Source: Promethearchaeota archaeon (GTDB taxonomy: Archaea; Asgardarchaeota; Odinarchaeia; Odinarchaeales; JBHLKK01). Taken from it: DNA of 14,707 bases. Of this stretch, positions 14,437 through 14,707 are shown in pieces. The DNA is taken from assembly GCA_048939465.1 (NCBI GenBank), contig JBHLPL010000044.1:1-14707 (forward strand), written 5' to 3'. Every line of letters starts with the position of its first letter. Within the stretch, counting starts at the first letter, position 1. The notes under the pieces are model-generated. The model did no database searches, was not told the origin of the DNA, and saw nothing but the letters and a program-made list of their open reading frames with translations. The translations under genes were made by a program, and so were the position numbers.

Positions 14437-14707
14437 TCCCTTTCCCTTCTCTACCGCCTTTTGTACTGATCAAATCTTTTTGGCTGGATAAGAATAGAGA
14501 GTAAACACGTATTTTACAGTTGCCATTTTCATGTTCAAATATCACACTTCCAACAAAAGAGAATCCCAAAATAGCCTTTTGACAGGGGGCCATTTCGCTT
14601 AGACAATACTTTTGTAGCCTAGAGTCGCTTGTTATCCCGCAGAAATTGCTCTTGATGCAAATGTAAAAGAAACCCTAGCTGCTTTGATACCGGTTTTGGA
14701 AAAGCAG

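Noticed and set aside
10-14491. Short ORFs in the track antisense to or nested in real genes or tRNAs (e.g. 474-686, 564-752, 659-1114, 5751-5978, 8858-9121, 10449-10895, 13704-14066)
   Set aside because: Shadow ORFs overlapping well-supported features, with no recognisable motifs.
14618-14707. Plus-strand frame YPAEIALDANVKETLAALIPVLEKQ, reminiscent of a thiamine-diphosphate enzyme middle domain
   Set aside because: An in-frame stop lies just upstream, there is no start codon, and it is too short to support; needs the adjacent window.
1-14707. CRISPR array, rRNA, transposase, intein, or selenocysteine/pyrrolysine read-through
   Set aside because: No regularly spaced repeats, rRNA-like or transposase sequence seen; RFC and the other proteins are of normal length with no in-frame stops.

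Overview
Archaeal chromosomal window, probably TACK or Asgard lineage (inferred from SmAP3, archaeal-type PGK/RFC/TgtA and non-canonical tRNA introns). The protein genes are mostly housekeeping: an HTH-phosphoribosyltransferase (partial), rpiA, a membrane protein, two tandem GNATs, Hsp20, trpS, pgk, rfcS, truA, moaB, moaC, a coiled-coil orphan, a PHP hydrolase, tgtA and SmAP3. The striking content lies between the ORFs: six tRNA genes, all interrupted, with 13 putative bulge-helix-bulge (BHB) type introns in total, 9 of them outside the canonical 37/38 site. Intron counts are Arg-CCT 1, Thr-GGT 1, Leu-TAA 3, Met-CAT 4, Thr-TGT 2 and Pro-TGG 2. The elongator tRNA-Met (5638-5824) appears to carry four introns, more than the three I know as the reported archaeal maximum. 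It has 7-, 8- and 14-nt internal exons and competing inter-intron pairings. Also seen: a 50-bp hairpin repeat beside both tRNA-Thr genes and a structured, SD-sequestering leader upstream of truA. All tRNA parsing was done by hand; no software or database searches were run.
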